A stretch of 64,000 nt of DNA from an uncultured bacterium. Its GTDB lineage: Bacteria; Babelota; Babeliae; Babelales; RVW-14. A program made the translations under genes and the position numbers. Where the stretch lies: the NCBI GenBank assembly GCA_963759805.1, contig CAVXAT010000001.1, forward strand, positions 1 to 64,000, given 5' to 3'. Position 1 is the first letter of the stretch; every line of letters begins with the position of its first letter. Shown here one piece after another: positions 49,706-60,048 of this stretch. Under the pieces are notes generated by a model. That model ran no database searches. It saw only the letters and a list, made by a program, of their open reading frames with translations, and was not told where the DNA came from.

Positions 49706-52210
49706 TTAGCTTAAGCTTTGTTCAGTTATTCCAACACAACCCAAAAATGTTTTATAATGGCTTGGTATAGTTTTCCACAGGTACCTGTACAAATTTGCAT
49801 TATTTTTGAAGTGAGTAGAATGAGACAGAATTTGTGCCAGTGAGTTTTGTAAACGTTGCTTGACGTACATAAATTTGTCAGAATTTTCAGTTATATCTTT
49901 TACAAACTCGCCCAAAAATGACTCTCTGAGCATGATATTTGCCACAAAATCTTCATGCTTATCGCTATCAATTATATGTCCAACTTCGAGCTCTAATTTT
50001 GCGATCTGGTCAAATTTATCTTTAGAAATTTTATCTGAACGTACAGATGAAAACGCTTTTCTGTACGCTTCGAGTGTTTTGGTCTTGTCATTATCTTGAC
50101 GAATTTGTTTTGCTGTTGCCTCAAGTTGTTTTGCAAATGATTTTTGTAAACAGAGCGTTTCATCTAACAAAAGCTCTTGAATTGCTCTGTCTTCGATGTC
50201 TTTAATTAGATTAAGTTCGCTCAGCTTGGAATCAATTTGAAAATTCAATTCATTCGCTTTGTTATCAAGAAGGGTTGCTACAGTTTTACGTACTGCCAAC
50301 TTACCGTCAATCGATTTTTCTACAACAGGTTGAGCAGATGCCTGAGCGATGCGATCTTCAAGTGTTTTAATCGAGCTTAAAAGTTTATCGGATGGAACTC
50401 CGCCGGCTTGTTGCTTGACTTCCAGCATTTTATAAAGCTTAGCAAGATTTTGCTTATCTTTTTCAATCGTGTCACCATCTTGTTTTTTTGTTACACCTAA
50501 TTTTTCATTCACATTGACAGTAATGTCCTTTTGGACTGCCAAAATTTGAGCGTCAATTTTTGATAGATCAGATTTTAGTGTCTCAATTTTGGCTTGAACA
50601 TCGGGAGTATTTTTGCTGGCTTGTAAAATTAAAACCTTTTGCCATTTTGCCAGTTGCTCAGCTTTTTCAGCCTTTTGTTTTTCAAGCTTTTCAAGTTCAG
50701 ATTTGAGTTGTGTTATCTGTTCCTGGCGATTTTGTTCAAGTGATTTTTTAGATGTAGATTCGTCTTCGTCTGAAATAATTGTTTCGATTTCACTTTTAAT
50801 TTGGCTGAAGAACCGGCTTCCCTCTGGAGATCTAACAAATTTTTCTAATTCAATACGGCTCTTTTCTTTTGCGGCAAATTCAGTTTTATATTTGAATGAG
50901 GTTGCATCATTTTTTGTAAATAGGGCCTTTTTTGTCTGGAGATACTCTTTGAATGAGCTGCACAAAGTAATCAAAACACTTTTTAATGCATTGATTAATG
51001 AAATGTCTTGGGTTACATATGCTACCAAATATTCATCGTGTATCTGGTCATGTGCCAAAATGAATTTTGGCAATTTTGATTGCCCCGCATTTATCTGATT
51101 TATCAAATCTGCGGGCTTATCAGACGTACTCGAAAATAGGAACTCTTCATAGCCAACCATGGTTAGTGCAAATTTGTTGTTTGGAGCCGATATATCAGAT
51201 CTAAAATTTACAAAATCTTTCATATCAACTATTCCATAGTCATTAGGTTTTATAAAGCTATTAATTTGGGCTTGTAAACTTGTGGTTCCCAACAAGCTTT
51301 GTGATAAAGATGTGGCTTGAGAAGATAAATCTTGTGTAGATGCGTCTTGGGTTGAGCCATTTGTGCCAGTATAGTTTTTGAATTTCTCAAAAACTAATTT
51401 TGCCATTTTTTCATCTCTGAAGACAAAGCTTTTAACTTGAAGTGGTGCTTCTATTGTTTGGCTAGCGTCTGAGTTATCATTAATAAGTACAGACCACAAG
51501 TTATCAATAAATTCGATTAATTCAAACTTATTATCTTTCAAAATAGTTTTAAGAGATTCAGGGAGATAAGTGGATAAATGTTTGTTTTTATCAATGAATT
51601 GAAGGTCATCAACTTGGCTTAATCTGAACAGTAAGCAGAAGGTTTCTTCTACTACTCTGGACCATTGCCCATCGGTTCTGGCGGTATTTAGCAAAATTAA
51701 AAATTTAAAGGTAAAAAGCTGAACCGGATTTAACTTAAAATCCATCAACCATTTTAAGATTTCTATATCTTTTACGTTTTTGTAAAGTTCATTTTCGATT
51801 ACAACTCTTGCAAAATCGGCGAGAGAGGCTCTATCTGAATCTTCCGTGTTGTTGCCCCCAAATTTTACCGGATTAATTTGGGCTGCGACCGATTGAAGTG
51901 GTGTAAAAATATTTCCATGTCCGGCTTGAATATCAAATGAGACTTCTTGTCCTGCAATTACAAAAACAACTTTGTCGTTTGTGTAATAATTTAGATTTTT
52001 AACCGTTCTTAGAGATGAGTAAAATGCATCAATAAGATTACTAAAATCAAAACCTTGATTTTGTTGAGTCTTGACTCGTTGCGTCTTGACTTCTTGAGTC
52101 TCGACTTGTTGCGCACCAAGCTTTTGTGCAGTAACATTTTTTGTTGCAACAGATAACAGTGAAAACACAAAGAAAGAAAACACTAAAACTTTTCTGGATA
52201 CCTTGTTCAT
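49706..52210 (-). CDS. Secreted coiled-coil hypothetical protein
   Basis: 834-aa ORF with a signal peptide and a heptad-rich C-terminal half. Confidence 0.7.
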   Translation of the reverse strand: MNKVSRKVLVFSFFVFSLLSVATKNVTAQKLGAQQVETQEVKTQRVKTQQNQGFDFSNLIDAFYSSLRTVKNLNYYTNDKVVFVIAGQEVSFDIQAGHGNIFTPLQSVAAQINPVKFGGNNTEDSDRASLADFARVVIENELYKNVKDIEILKWLMDFKLNPVQLFTFKFLILLNTARTDGQWSRVVEETFCLLFRLSQVDDLQFIDKNKHLSTYLPESLKTILKDNKFELIEFIDNLWSVLINDNSDASQTIEAPLQVKSFVFRDEKMAKLVFEKFKNYTGTNGSTQDASTQDLSSQATSLSQSLLGTTSLQAQINSFIKPNDYGIVDMKDFVNFRSDISAPNNKFALTMVGYEEFLFSSTSDKPADLINQINAGQSKLPKFILAHDQIHDEYLVAYVTQDISLINALKSVLITLCSSFKEYLQTKKALFTKNDATSFKYKTEFAAKEKSRIELEKFVRSPEGSRFFSQIKSEIETIISDEDESTSKKSLEQNRQEQITQLKSELEKLEKQKAEKAEQLAKWQKVLILQASKNTPDVQAKIETLKSDLSKIDAQILAVQKDITVNVNEKLGVTKKQDGDTIEKDKQNLAKLYKMLEVKQQAGGVPSDKLLSSIKTLEDRIAQASAQPVVEKSIDGKLAVRKTVATLLDNKANELNFQIDSKLSELNLIKDIEDRAIQELLLDETLCLQKSFAKQLEATAKQIRQDNDKTKTLEAYRKAFSSVRSDKISKDKFDQIAKLELEVGHIIDSDKHEDFVANIMLRESFLGEFVKDITENSDKFMYVKQRLQNSLAQILSHSTHFKNNANLYRYLWKTIPSHYKTFLGCVGITEQSLS

Positions 52211-52526
52211 AAATCCCCCGAATTAGTCCTCTAGGACAATAATATAAAAACCACCATTACAGTACGGGCAGTATAGCAGGCATAATTGGGAATTGCAAAC
52301 GCAAAGAGTCCCTTGCAACGCGGGCTTGCGGTATTATTTCAGTTATAATTTAAGACGTATTTCGACTTTGATTTTTAAGACAGCTTTACAATCCCTATTT
52401 TGGGGAAAATGCCATTTTTTTAGTACTTTTATACCATCATTTTTTGATAAATTCAGCCTAAAGTTTTGTTGACGAAAGAACTTTTTTTCTTTACTATCTA
52501 CCTAGCAATTGAAATTAATACACCAG

Positions 52527-52603
52527 GGGCGAATAGCTCAGTTGGTTAGAGCACCTGCCTTACAAGCAGGGGGTCACAGGTTCGAATCCTGTTTCGCCCA
52601 CCA
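52527..52603 (+). tRNA. tRNA-Val (TAC)
   Basis: gggcgaatagctcagttggttagagc..cctgc ctTACaa gcagg..ggttcgaatcctgtttcgcccacca. Confidence 0.97.
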
Positions 52604-52680
52604 TACTTCGCCCTCGCCCTGTGCACCGTAGCTATAAAAAGCGAAGGTGCATACGCTCGTGGCTTCGTATGGCAGGCCAG
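52601..52680. repeat. Nested family A palindromes sharing the tRNA-Val CCA
   Basis: ccatacttcgcc..[gcaccgtagc..gcgaaggtgc]..ggcttcgtatggcaggcca. Confidence 0.75.
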
Positions 52681-52723
52681 TTTTCGTATAATTCAAATTG
52701 AATTCTTGAAATATAAAATTTGT

Positions 52724-52799
52724 TCCCCGATAGCTCAGTTGGTAGAGCACACGACTGTTAATCGTTAGGTCGCAGGTTCGAGTCCTGCTCGGGGAGCCA
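52724..52799 (+). tRNA. tRNA-Asn (GTT), island integration site
   Basis: tccccgatagctcagttggtagagc..ctGTTaa..ggttcgagtcctgctcggggagcca. Confidence 0.97.
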
Positions 52800-52939
52800 T
52801 CTCTTACCATCTACGGAATCTAGTATCAAATTAAACGGTTTTTTGGCTTCAAAGCGCACTTTTTTACCTTCTACCCTAAGGTTCTGAAGTACCAAGCATA
52901 AAAGTTGCCTTCTTTTCTCAACTTCAGAACTTATAAATA

Positions 52940-53941
52940 ACGCCAGTTCGATAATTAAAAAAGTTCTTTAAAAAAAGCCTTTCTCGTTTAAATTGAGAAA
53001 AATGAAACCCTCAAAAAAAAAGAGAAAGGCTAAACATGTTCTTAACAACTATTTTTTGCGAAATTGATGATTTTTGCAAGCAATATGAAAAATATGTTAA
53101 AGAAAAGAGAGTAAAGAATAACACGTTAAATGCTGCAGGACGCCCACGAGGCATGACTCTAAGCGATATTCTTACGATTTGCGTATATTTTCATTATTCT
53201 GGATATCACACATTCAAAAGATATTACAAAGACCATGTTTGCAAAGAATTGAAAACAGCCTTTGGGGCTTTGGTTAGCTACACTCGCTTTACTGAGTTAA
53301 TGCATGAGGCTGCAGAGCCATTGGCATTATTTGCTGCAAGTCGCAACAGTAAAAATATGCGCGGTATTGCCTTTATTGATTCCACAAAATTGGTTGTGTG
53401 CCACAATCTTCGAATTTACTCACACAAAGTTTTTAAGGGTATTGCTCAGCGCGGAAAATCATCAATGGGCTGGTTTTATGGGTTCAAACTCCATCTTGTG
53501 ATTAATCATTTCGGTGAAATTTTGTCATTTTGGATTACCCCAGGAAATACTGATGACCGTAACGAATCAGTTATTTCTAAAGTTACAAAAAATCTTTGGG
53601 GTTGGCTTTTTGGCGATCGTGGTTATATATCACAACCTCTTTTTGAAAAACTTTTTAGGCGTGGTCTCAAGCTTATAACAAAGCTTAAAAAGGGTATGAA
53701 AAACAAGCTCATGATCTTTTTTGAAAAACTTTTTCTAAAAAAACGAAACATCATTGAATCTGTTAACAATATCCTGAAAAATACCTTTAAAATCGAACAT
53801 ACTAGACATAGATGTGTTAAAAATTTTTTCACGAATGTTTTTGCTGCAATTTCAGCCTATTCTTTTCATCAACACAAACCTGCGATAGGTGTGGGGTTTT
53901 TTGCTGAAATTCCAAGCCTTAACTAATTATCGAACTGGCGT
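52940..53941 (+). mobile_element. IS982-family insertion sequence
   Basis: Perfect 18-bp IRs acgccagttcgataatta and a 6-bp duplication taaata. Confidence 0.92.
53036..53926 (+). CDS. IS982-family DDE transposase
   Basis: FCEIDDF, FIDST, GWFYGFKLHL, LFGDRGYIS and KRNIIESV motifs. Confidence 0.95.
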   Translation: MFLTTIFCEIDDFCKQYEKYVKEKRVKNNTLNAAGRPRGMTLSDILTICVYFHYSGYHTFKRYYKDHVCKELKTAFGALVSYTRFTELMHEAAEPLALFAASRNSKNMRGIAFIDSTKLVVCHNLRIYSHKVFKGIAQRGKSSMGWFYGFKLHLVINHFGEILSFWITPGNTDDRNESVISKVTKNLWGWLFGDRGYISQPLFEKLFRRGLKLITKLKKGMKNKLMIFFEKLFLKKRNIIESVNNILKNTFKIEHTRHRCVKNFFTNVFAAISAYSFHQHKPAIGVGFFAEIPSLN

Positions 53942-55459
53942 TAAATAAGTCATAAGCGCGGTTTGTTAGATCCAGTACATATTTTGACGTAATATAGTAG
54001 TTGTCGTCTGTCTCTTGCAACATCCCTAGTTGGGACTCCAAATCTGCTATTTCTTCACGGAACCCCTGGTCATATTTGTCATACTCGTTCTCAGTAATTC
54101 TCCCTTTGAGTTTATCCAAATATAGGTTGCTTCTCATTTTTGTTATGGTTTTATGCTTCTGAGTTAGCTCTTCGAAGCTTTTGGCCTGGAAATCTGCTTT
54201 GTCATTTTGTGCAGTGTTAATGGCGTTTATTGTTTGGAGTAATATCTCCTCAGGGATTTGCATCTGCTTAAAAATCTGTCCCAGCTGCTCAGTAATTGCC
54301 TCTTCTCGCAGCCATTGTGCGTCATGCTTGCCGTTATATTGCGTGCAGTGGTAATAAACCAAGCCCTTCTGTTTTTCAGGCGTCATTGACAGACCACAGT
54401 GCCCGCAACGAAATATTCCCCGATAAATGTATGGCTTGCCCGCGTACTTAAATCTTTTTTTATTAAAGCCTGATATGACTTGTTGGACCTGGTCAAAAAG
54501 CGTTTTGGTAATAATTGGGGCGTAGCGATGAGGATACAGTTTGTTTTTACAGACCATAAAACCGTAATAAAATGGATCGTTTAGAATTTTACCAAGAAAG
54601 CCTTTGCGCCATTTAATTCCGTACTCTTCATTCAATTTTTCGCATAGTAAGCCCATCGAAAATCCGCCTGTGGCATACAGCTCAAATGCCTTTTGAACAA
54701 TCTGCGAAGCATTCTCATCGACAACAATATCTTTTTTGCCATCCAGCTTAGTAATGTTCTTATAACCAAATGGAGCTCTACTTGGCCACTCGCCGCTGCG
54801 TAATTTTTGTTCTATGGCTCTTTTCACATTATCACTGATAGCATCTGAGTAATATTTTGATAGCCCAAGGCTCATGCTGAACTGAAATTTTTCAGCAGCA
54901 GAAATTTGGCTGTTTATTCTTTGCCCATCAGAGGCAAAGTGTAATTCGATTTCATCACATAAAGCCTTTTCGTAGAGTAAATGAACTCTTTTGTCAAAAA
55001 TGCTTCTGGATAAGCGATCTACTTTGTCAAAACAGACGAAAACTTTTTCATTTTGCTTGATAACAAAATCTATGATGCTATCAAATTCATCTCTCTGGGT
55101 TTTATAAGCGCTTTCATCAAAACTAAATTCTTTAACTATTTCAAAGTTTTTGTTCTGGCAATATCTTTTTAACCGCTCGATTTGGGCTGGAAGCGAGTTG
55201 CCAGCCTCTCTTTGCTCTTCTGTGCTAACGCGCGCAATGATTATGGCTTTCATTTGTTTTTTGCTCCTTTAAAGATTTTGAAAATTAGTTTCTAAATTAT
55301 TTAATATTTATGGTTTTTAAGCAACATTTTTTGTGGATAGGGCCTCAAGTGTGAAATAAAACACGTAAAAACGGTGCCCCTTGACAAAGTATATTTTTTA
55401 TAATAAATTTCAAATAGATATATTTAATTTATATTTGATTCAAAAAATAGGAGGTTATT

Positions 55460-56884
55460 ATGAAAAGAATAGTTCATATTTTTTTGATTTTGCCATTCTT
55501 GTTAGTGTTGTTACAGTTTAATCTTTGTGCAATGGAAGTTCCAAAAGAGGAACAAAAATATGAACACACAAGTGGGCATATTAATTCAACGTTAGATGCA
55601 TGCATTGATTCTTTTGTAAAAAAAGGAATATTTAATGGCATTGTCATGGTTATTAAAGATGACAACATCTTGATTCATAAGGGTTATGGATTTTTGGATT
55701 GTAACTCAAAAAAATTGATCAGTCTTGATACGAAATTTCGGCTGGGATCTGTTTCAAAACAGTTTACAGCGCTGGCGATAATTCAGCTTTTTGAACAAAA
55801 TAAGTTGAATATACAAGATGATATCAAATTGTATATACCTGAATTTCCAGTAGATGGAGTTAAAATTCATAACTTATTAACCCATACAAGTGGTTTGCCA
55901 TTATATTGGAAAATTTCCGGTGAGGACAGAAGTCGAGTTTATAGTAGAGATGAGGCTGTAAAAATTATTTGTAATGGGGTTGGTGAGATTGGATTATTTT
56001 TTAACCCAGGTACTCAGTTTAGGTATTCAGCATCAAATTATGTTTTGTTAGCCGCTATTGTTGAGAGAATTTCAGGAATTTCGTTTGAAAATTACATTAA
56101 ACAAAATATTTTTGATCGAATAAAAACTACTGGAATTGGATGTTGTTGCAAGTGTTGCAAGCCTGTTGATGGTTTGGCTACTGGGCACATATTAAAGGAT
56201 GAAAATCTATTGACTGTTATTCCTCTTGATGCCCTTGCTGTCCCTGGTACTGGAAGTTTATATGCAACTGCAGGAGATCTTTACAAATGGGCTAACGCGT
56301 TAAAAACACCAGGCATTTTGCTTGGCCCTAAAGGGCTTTCCCTGATGTTTGAGCCGTATGTTAAAACTACCCCAGATTTTATAAAAGATAGTGAATATGC
56401 TTATGGTTGGTTCATAACACTTATCCATGGGCATAAGTGTATAGGTCATTTTGGTAAAGTTATGGGCTTTCGGTCTGGCATTTTTAGATATGTTGATGAT
56501 AATACTGTTATAATTATTTTGAGCAATTTTGAACATGCACAGGTAGAACCTCTCAATACATCTTTGGCTGCGATTATATTTGGTTTTAAACCAGAATTAC
56601 CTCAAGTCATCAAACCAGTCGAAATAGATAGCTCAATGTTTTCTTTGTATGAAGGATTGTATGGTTGCAATGGGGAACAACTGTCTATATTCATGGATAG
56701 ATTAACTGGGGATATATATACTCAAATTATTGGACACTCCAGGCAAAAATTACTTTCTCAATCGAGTTCTGCATTTGTCCTTGAGCGATATCCGATAAAG
56801 TTTGATTTTATGAAAAATCATGAAGGTTGTTACTATATAAATATTGAAAAAAATGGCAAAATAAGTACCTGGACTAAAATTTAG
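55460..56884 (+). CDS. Serine hydrolase, beta-lactamase/AmpC-like family, secreted
   Basis: GSVSKQF (SxxK), LLTHTSGL, FRYS and GHFG motifs plus a signal peptide. Confidence 0.88.
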   Translation: MKRIVHIFLILPFLLVLLQFNLCAMEVPKEEQKYEHTSGHINSTLDACIDSFVKKGIFNGIVMVIKDDNILIHKGYGFLDCNSKKLISLDTKFRLGSVSKQFTALAIIQLFEQNKLNIQDDIKLYIPEFPVDGVKIHNLLTHTSGLPLYWKISGEDRSRVYSRDEAVKIICNGVGEIGLFFNPGTQFRYSASNYVLLAAIVERISGISFENYIKQNIFDRIKTTGIGCCCKCCKPVDGLATGHILKDENLLTVIPLDALAVPGTGSLYATAGDLYKWANALKTPGILLGPKGLSLMFEPYVKTTPDFIKDSEYAYGWFITLIHGHKCIGHFGKVMGFRSGIFRYVDDNTVIIILSNFEHAQVEPLNTSLAAIIFGFKPELPQVIKPVEIDSSMFSLYEGLYGCNGEQLSIFMDRLTGDIYTQIIGHSRQKLLSQSSSAFVLERYPIKFDFMKNHEGCYYINIEKNGKISTWTKI

Positions 56885-56991
56885 TTAGTAAATTTTGGTT
56901 ACCAATTTGATGTAGTTTGCAGTGGCATAAGTTGTCTGAATTTTGTATTTTTGATTTAATTATTTTTCATAAGTTTAAGAAAGTTTGACAT

Positions 56992-58056
56992 ATGATTTTT
57001 TTTGATCCACAAGTAATTCAGCATATTGAACGTCGTGTTGATGAGTACGTTCAGCCATTGGTAGCACAAAAATTATTTTCAGGAGTCTTATTTTTTGCTA
57101 ATAAGAACAGCATATTATTACGCAAGGGATACGGGAAGGCTAATTATACTAATGATTTGTCAACAATGCCTGGTACCAAATATCGATTATGTTCTGTTTC
57201 TAAGCAATTCATTGCTTTAGTGATTTTGCAATTAAATAAGCATGAAAAATTACGGCTTCAAGATCCTGTGGCGCATTATTTGCCTGAATATGTTAAGGAC
57301 AATCGAATTACTATTGAACATCTCTTAATCCATACCTCGGGAATTCAAAACTATACTAAACTTGATGCCTTTAGAACAAAGATTATGTCAGGGCCACTTC
57401 GCTTACCAGAGTTAGTTGATTTATTTAAAAATAAACCATTGGACTTTGAGCCGGGCAAAAAATTTGCCTATGGAAGTTCTGGATATGTTTTGTTGGCGGC
57501 ACTAATTGAAAAAATATCTAACCAATCATATGCTGATTACCTAAAATCAAATATTCTTAATCATTTGCACATGAATGATAGTGGAAGAAACTTTCAAGAT
57601 GTCTTGAACAAAGATAATGCTGTAGGCTACCAGATGAGTGCTGGAGTCCTCGAAGCCACATCTAAGTGGGCATCAGAAACGGCTATAGGTGTTGGTGATT
57701 TTTATTCTACTGTTGATGATTTATATAAATGGAATAAAGCCATATTTAGTGAAAAAAGTTTCGAAGCTGATTTAGTCAGAACAATGTCTACACCCTACAT
57801 ACAAGCGTCTAATTTTTTTGATAATCCAAAATATGGTTATGGGCTTTTTATATCCTCAATTCTTGGTCGAAAATGCATTGGGCATTTTGGACGGTTAGGT
57901 GGTTTTCATACGCTTTTTTTACATTTTGTTCAAGAAGATGCTTGTTTAATTATGTTGAGTAATTTTGAACACAGCCCCTTGGAAGAAATGGCAACACAGC
58001 TTTTGCCTATTTTACTAAAGCCGGTTAATGGAATGATACGCACAAAAGACGTATAA
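56992..58056 (+). CDS. Serine hydrolase, beta-lactamase/AmpC-like family
   Basis: CSVSKQF, LLIHTSGI, FEPG.KFAY and GHFG motifs. Paralog of the upstream gene. Confidence 0.88.
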   Translation: MIFFDPQVIQHIERRVDEYVQPLVAQKLFSGVLFFANKNSILLRKGYGKANYTNDLSTMPGTKYRLCSVSKQFIALVILQLNKHEKLRLQDPVAHYLPEYVKDNRITIEHLLIHTSGIQNYTKLDAFRTKIMSGPLRLPELVDLFKNKPLDFEPGKKFAYGSSGYVLLAALIEKISNQSYADYLKSNILNHLHMNDSGRNFQDVLNKDNAVGYQMSAGVLEATSKWASETAIGVGDFYSTVDDLYKWNKAIFSEKSFEADLVRTMSTPYIQASNFFDNPKYGYGLFISSILGRKCIGHFGRLGGFHTLFLHFVQEDACLIMLSNFEHSPLEEMATQLLPILLKPVNGMIRTKDV

Positions 58057-58462
58057 CTATTGAATTGAATCCATGGTTAATAACTTTATTTATCTTGATG
58101 ACTGCGAATTCAAAACGAAGTTTAAGTAAAAATTACATCTTTTAAATAAACTTTTTCTTGCCTTTAATTCCAGATTGCCTATATTTAAACGTTGAATGTA
58201 GTAAATTGAAGTAATGATTCAACAGGAGAGTACAAATGAAAAAATTTAATCTTATCGGTTGCCGGCATGGGCTAGGGTGCTTACCTAGCGGCTGGCTCAC
58301 TTACAATCGAAGGCAATTGCATTTCTGCGACAGCAGAATATCGCAATCACTCAGTAAGTAACCGTCACACAATTCTAATTTAGGTTCAGAAAATAATTTT
58401 TAATTTACATGCTGACGTTAGTCAGCATCAGGTGATACAAAAAGTATTGCCCAAGAGGTTTA

Positions 58463-58792
58463 ATGGTTTTCAAGAAAATCCCGCCAAGAGCGGTCGTGGT
58501 TTTGCCTTTTGAAGAACATCATCGTGTTGTAAAAGTCGTTGAGTTGCTGGCAGCAGTTGCTCGACGTGTTGACGCACGAAGCGTCAAGGTTCGATGTGTC
58601 AGTGCCGGCAAACGAAAATCTTCAGAAGAAAAAGGCACAGGGTTAAAACAAAAACAAGAAAATAGGGTTCGTACATTTTACGGACCTTGTTTTTTTGAGC
58701 AAACTCTTTATCCTGAAACGGAAAATTTAGCATTTATTTGCATATTTAAGAACACGTTGCCGCAGCCCTCGATACGATTTATTTTGCAGTAA
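58463..58792 (+). CDS. Small hypothetical protein upstream of the Rep-like gene
   Basis: 109-aa ORF with a gagg SD. Its 3' end runs into a family B repeat. Confidence 0.35.
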   Translation: MVFKKIPPRAVVVLPFEEHHRVVKVVELLAAVARRVDARSVKVRCVSAGKRKSSEEKGTGLKQKQENRVRTFYGPCFFEQTLYPETENLAFICIFKNTLPQPSIRFILQ

Positions 58793-58821
58793 ACTGCTGC
58801 ATAAATCACTCGGGACGAGCG
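58764..58821. repeat. Family B palindrome
   Basis: ccctcgatacgattt...aaatcactcgggacgagcg matches 41284-41339. Confidence 0.75.
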
Positions 58822-58858
58822 GCGGAGATTTACGGCCTTTGCATGAATCGAGATTTCC

Positions 58859-60016
58859 ATGATAGACACCATAGTTTTAACATTCACTAGCAACATGTAT
58901 CGCATAACAGACCCTGACAAATTTAGGCCATCTGCTCGTTGGATAGAAAATCCGTCGTTGATTAATTGCGATATTCGGTCAAAGCAAAATACAACAAAAA
59001 AAGAGCTGAGTCGTGGAATTTACAAGCCATCTCTTACGTTGTCCAATTGCATCGGCTCTAGCGGGCTGCGCGATATTATGCTCAAAGTTGAATTGTCATT
59101 GCCCAAGCTATTGTTTGGGAATAATTTTCAAGAATTGCAGTATAAAGATTTTTCGCTAATCACAAAAAAGTTGGTGGGAAAATTAGAGGCAATGGGGGTT
59201 GAGATTGACGAAGATGTACTTGCTCATGCGAATGTTTCTGCCATTCATTATGCAAAAAATATTATTCTTAAAGATGGCTCAACGCCATTTCATTACATTC
59301 AAAAGATTAAAGAATCAAATATTTCTGCAGTTCTTGATACCAATCAGACGAATTACCGCAACGACGGGCTTAGTTATAAGTGGCATTGCAATTCATATGA
59401 AGTTGTTTTCTACGATAAAATCAAAGAGCTTGAAAAGACAAAACAGAGCAGCAAAAGGACAATCGAAAAGGATGGGGCTTTGCAAATCAAGCTTTTGGAT
59501 CGGTTAACTCGCAGAAAAAAGTTGGAGATCTTGCGCATGGAGGTGAGGCTTAATAAACGGCAAAAAATCAGACAGCTGTTTGCCAAACTTGGTATTAAAT
59601 CAGATTTAACATTTCATAGCTTATTTAAGCCTGCCACGGCTAAAAAAGTTTTATTGCATTATCTTGACGAGCTTGAAAGCAAACGGCCAGCCTTACTTGA
59701 TTATAAAGACAAAGACGATGGAGCTTTGCTGGCGGCTTTGTGTTTTAATAATCCGGAACTTAGGCCCAAACAAATTTTACAGATGTTTGGTTTGAAAAAG
59801 GCACTTGAATTTATAACGCCACGAGAGTTAAGTGTTTTATTTTCACGCATTCATTCTAGGCGGTTTCAGAGGTTTATGACAGAGGTCAAGAAAGTAAAAT
59901 TGCCAAACGAGAACAATTCGTTTGGCATTATACGAGAACAGGTTGTGAAATTTAAGCCGTGCAAGATTCGTGAAGCGTCGCAATCATTTCGCAATCGTGA
60001 CGTAATCTTGTCGTAA
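58859..60016 (+). CDS. Putative rolling-circle replication initiator (gene II/X, Rep_trans-like)
   Basis: MIDT, SLPKLLFGNN, FYDK..E and LRMEVR motifs appear in the expected order. Confidence 0.55.
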   Translation: MIDTIVLTFTSNMYRITDPDKFRPSARWIENPSLINCDIRSKQNTTKKELSRGIYKPSLTLSNCIGSSGLRDIMLKVELSLPKLLFGNNFQELQYKDFSLITKKLVGKLEAMGVEIDEDVLAHANVSAIHYAKNIILKDGSTPFHYIQKIKESNISAVLDTNQTNYRNDGLSYKWHCNSYEVVFYDKIKELEKTKQSSKRTIEKDGALQIKLLDRLTRRKKLEILRMEVRLNKRQKIRQLFAKLGIKSDLTFHSLFKPATAKKVLLHYLDELESKRPALLDYKDKDDGALLAALCFNNPELRPKQILQMFGLKKALEFITPRELSVLFSRIHSRRFQRFMTEVKKVKLPNENNSFGIIREQVVKFKPCKIREASQSFRNRDVILS

Positions 60017-60048
60017 TCCTATCAATACGCTTTAACCCTTTGTAATAA

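Larger units (their letters stand above)
52758..55253 (-). pseudogene. Large serine recombinase (int1) interrupted near its 3' end by IS982
   Basis: ARVSTEEQ catalytic Ser, DRLSR, recombinase domain and Zn ribbon CGHCG/YYHC. Removing the IS restores AYDLFISSEVEKRRQLL...KPFNLILDSVDGKRWLPEQDSNLRPND*. Confidence 0.9.

Noticed and set aside
52574..52810. 78-aa ORF on the - strand
   Set aside because: Antisense to tRNA-Asn and tRNA-Val.
58236..58361. 41-codon ORF with a ggag SD upstream of the Rep region
   Set aside because: Too short to support without homology or expression data.
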